Of a DNA stretch of 22,648 bases, positions 19,470 through 22,648 are shown piece after piece. Both the position numbers and the translations under genes were made by a program. The DNA comes from Macrostomum lignano (taxonomy: Eukaryota): assembly GCA_002269645.1 (NCBI GenBank), contig NIVC01005190.1:1-22648 (forward strand). Reading direction: 5' to 3'. The stretch's first letter is position 1. Every line of letters begins with the position of its first letter. The notes under the pieces were generated by a model. It had not been told where the DNA came from and did not search any database. It saw nothing but the letters and a program-made list of their open reading frames with translations.

Positions 19470-21852
19470 TTCATGGAATCTCATGGAATGACGTTGGAGA
19501 ATCTCATACAGCTTCGGGGGAATCTCATTAAATGTTGTTAGAAAATCTCATAGAATGATTTTTGGGAAATCTCGTGGCGGTTATTTGGGGGAATTCCATA
19601 AAATGCTTTTGGAAAACTCCCATGTTGGGGAATCTCATGGGGTTGTGTTGGGGGAATCTCATGGGGTTGTGTTGGGGAATCTATCTCATGGGGTTGTGTG
19701 AGGGAATCTCAAGGAATGATGTTGGGGAATCTCATGGGGTTGTGTTGGGGAATCTCAAGGAATGATGTTGGGGAATCTCATGGGGTTGTGTTGGGGAATC
19801 TCATGGGGTTGTGTTGGGGAATCTCATGGGGTTGTGTTGGGAAATCTCATGGGGTTGTGTTGGGGAATCTCATGGGGTTGTGTTGGGGAATCTCAAGGAA
19901 TGATGTCGGGGAATCTCATCGAATGATGTCGGGCAATCTCATGGAATGATGTCGGGGAATCTCATGGAATGATGTCGGGGAATCTCATGGAATGATGTCG
20001 GGGAATCTCATGGAATGATGTCGGGGAATCTCATGGAATGATGTCGGGGAATCTCATGGAATGATGTGGGGAATCTCATGGGGTTGTGTTGGGGAAATCT
20101 CATGGGGTTGTGTTGGGGAATCTCATGGGGTTGTGTTGGGGAATCTCAAGGAATGATGTTGGGGAATCTCATGGGGTTGTGTTGGGGAATCTCAAGGAAT
20201 GATGTTGGGGAATCTCATGGGGTTGTGTTGGGGAATCTCATGGGGTTGTGTTGGGAATCTCATGGGGTTGTGTTGGGGAATCTCAAGGAATGATGTTGGG
20301 GAATCTCATGGGGTTGTGTTGGGGAATCTCAAGGAATGATGTTGGGGAATCTCATGGGGTTGTGTTGGGGAATCTCATGGGGTTGTGTTGGGGAATCTCA
20401 AGGAATGATGTCGGGGAATCTCATGGAATGATGTCGGGGAATCTCATGGAATGATGTTGGGGAATCTCATGGGGTTGTGTTGGGGAATCTCATGGAATGA
20501 TGTCGGGGAATCTCATGGAATGATGTCGGGGAATCTCATGGAATGATGTCGGGGAATCTCATGGAATGATGTGGGGGAATCTCATGGGGTTGTGTTGGGG
20601 GAATCTCATGGGGTTGTGTTGGGGAATCTCATGGGGTTGTGTTGGGGAATCTCAAGGAATGATGTTGGGGAATCTCATGGGGTTGTGTTGGGGAATCTCA
20701 AGGAATGATGTTGGGGAATCTCATGGGGTTGTGTTGGGGAATCTCATGGGTTGTGTTGGGGAATCTCATGGGGTTGTGTTGGGGAATCTCAAGGAATGAT
20801 GTTGGGGAATCTCATGGGGTTGTGTTGGGGAATCTCAAGGAATGATGTTGGGGAATCTCATGGGGTTGTGTTGGGGAATCTCATGGGGTTGTGTTGGGGA
20901 ATCTCAAGGAATGATGTCGGGGAATCTCATGGAATGATGTCGGGGAATCTCATGGAATGATGTTGGGGAATCTCATGGGGTTGTGTTGGGGAATCTCAAG
21001 GAATGATGTTGGGGAATCTCATGGGGTTGTGTTGGGGAATCTCATGGGGTTGTGTTGGGGAATCTCAAGGAATGATGTCGGGGAATCTCATGGAATGATG
21101 TCGGGCAATCTCATGGAATGATGTCGGGGAATCTCATGGAATGATGTCGGGGAATCTCATGGAATGATGTCGGGGAATCTCATGGAATGATGTCGGGGAA
21201 TCTCATGGAATGATGTGGGGGAATCTCATGGGGTTGTGTTGGGGGAATCTCATGGGGTTGTGTTGGGGAATCTCATGGGGTTGTGTTGGGGAATCTCAGG
21301 GAATGATGTTGGGGAATCTCATGGGGTTGTGTTGGGGAATCTCAAGGAATGATGTTGGGGAATCTCATGGGGTTGTGTTGGGGAATCTCATGGGGTTGTG
21401 TTGGGGAATCTCAAGGAATGATGTCGGGGAATCTCATGGAATGATGTCGGGGAATCTCATGGAATGATGTCGGGGAATCTCATGGAATGATGTCGGGGAA
21501 TCTCATGGAATGATGTCGGGGAATCTCATGGAATGATGTCGGGGAATCTCATGGAATGATGTGGGGGAATCTCATGGGGTTGTGTTGGGGGAATCTCATG
21601 GGGTTGTGTTGGGGAATCTCATGGGGTTGTGTTGGGGAATCTCAGGGAATGATGTTGGGGAATCTCATGGGGTTGTGTTGGGGAATCTCAAGGAATGATG
21701 TTGGGGAATCTCATGGGGTTGTGTTGGGGAATCTCATGGGTTGTGTTGGGGAATCTCAAGGAATGATGTCGGGGAATCTCATGGAATGATGTCGGGGAAT
21801 CTCATGGAATGATGTCGGGGAATCTCATGGAATGATGTCGGGGAATCTCATA
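19470..21852. repeat. 23-bp two-monomer minisatellite GGGGAATCTCATGGGGTTGTGTT / GGGGAATCTCA(T/A)GGAATGATGT(C/T), about 100 copies
   Basis: Directly visible; degenerate left end from about 19470 to 19620. Confidence 0.97.
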
Positions 21853-21931
21853 GTTTCTCATGGTCTTTCAAAAAGGGTCCCTCAGAGTTGCAGCAGCAGA
21901 CTCCAGGGTCCAGGGCCCGCTCCGCTCTCAC

Positions 21932-21978
21932 CTGATCTGCTATCGCAGTCGCCGGCTTCACCTGCATCGGGCGGTCAT
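21932..21978 (-). CDS. CELF3-6: CELF exon for the end of RRM1 (M-x-RPMQVKP-A-DCDSRS), frameshifted as assembled
   Basis: Acceptor gattttcag| and donor CAG|gtgaga. Sequence reads ATG AC- CGC CCG ATG CAG GTG AAG CCG GC- GAC TGC GAT AGC AGA TCA G, homologous to MNRPIQVKPADSESRG. Its phase 1 end fits the 8911 exon. Confidence 0.85.
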
Positions 21979-22014
21979 CTGAAAATCGGGTTGAGTCGGG
22001 TGGGGAAGGAGCTG

Positions 22015-22580
22015 CAATGTGAATCGTGGGAAATGTGAATCATGGGGAATGTGAATCATGGGGAATATGAATCATGGGGAATGTGAATCATGGGAATGTG
22101 AATCATGGGGAATGTGAATCATGGCGAATGTGAATCATGGGGAATGTGAATCATGGGGAATGTGAATCATGGCGAATGTGAATCATGGGGAATGTGAATC
22201 ATGGGGAATGTGAATCATGGCGAATGTGAATCATGGGGAATGTGAATCATGGGGAATATGAATCATGGGGAACGTGAATCATGGGGAATGTGAATAATGG
22301 GGAATGTGAATAATGGGGAACGTGAATCATGGGGAATGTGAATCATGGCGAATGTGAATCATGGGGAATGTGAATAATGGGAATGTGAATAATGGGGAAT
22401 AGGAATCATGGGGAATGTGAATCATGGGAATGTGAATCATGGGGAATGTGAATCATGGGAATGTGAATCATGGGATGTGAATCATGGGAATAGTGAATCA
22501 TGGGAATGTGAATCATGGAGAATGTGAAGCTTGGGGAATGTGAATCATGGGGAATGTGAATCACGGGGAATGAGAATCAT
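22015..22580. repeat. 16-bp minisatellite GGGGAATGTGAATCAT
   Basis: Directly visible; starts about 35 nt upstream (on the minus strand) of the acceptor at 21979. Confidence 0.95.
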
Positions 22581-22648
22581 TGGAGAAATGGGAAGCTTGG
22601 AGAATGAGAAGCTTCAGAATTTGACATTTTGCGTTAGTGCCAAATAGT

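Larger units (their letters stand above)
3340..21978 (-). other. CELF3-6: CELF/Bruno-like RNA-binding protein gene, CELF3-6 subfamily (bru-3/unc-75-like), 5'-incomplete. Introns: 21931-8912 (13,020 nt), 8702-7798, 7638-5245, 4985-4859, 4795-3717
   Basis: Exons joined by hand at GT-AG sites. Phases match from 8911 down to the stop (0, 0, 1, 1). Peptides match CELF hallmarks: [79 protein letters not shown] and [13 protein letters not shown]. Confidence 0.95.

Noticed and set aside
16506-21852. CRISPR-like appearance of the regular 41-bp and 23-bp repeats (also the 31-bp array at 11096-13150)
   Set aside because: Units are head-to-tail with no unique spacers, there are no cas genes, and the context is a spliceosomal intron.

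Overview
Eukaryotic (animal-like) genomic DNA. The window holds most of one minus-strand, intron-rich gene for a CELF/Bruno-like RNA-binding protein of the CELF3-6 (bru-3/unc-75) type. I can assemble six exons with GT-AG boundaries: 21932-21978 (end of RRM1, two apparent 1-nt deletions), 8703-8911 (RRM2), 7639-7797, 4986-5244 and 4796-4858 (linker), and 3340-3716 (RRM3 and stop). The five lower exons join in frame. The RRM1 start lies beyond the right edge. About 60% of the window (roughly 13.5 kb, hand estimate) is tandem repeat: about 16 arrays with units of 2-63 bp fill the introns and the probable 3' UTR. Most long ORFs in the supplied track are artefacts of these arrays. The most interesting unexplained items are: a candidate hidden exon at 5733-5900 (alternative first, cassette or poison exon); a 64-nt 28S rRNA-like fragment scrambled across the R2/I-PpoI cut site, next to about 0.9 kb of unidentified sequence; the frameshifted RRM1 exon; and arrays that present branch-point, YCAY or STAR-type motifs next to splice sites. 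I see no prokaryotic features, CRISPR array or recognisable transposase, and no clear novel multi-gene system. The organism is not determined; GC3-rich exons and very high minisatellite density would fit a repeat-rich invertebrate such as a Macrostomum-type flatworm, but that is a guess.
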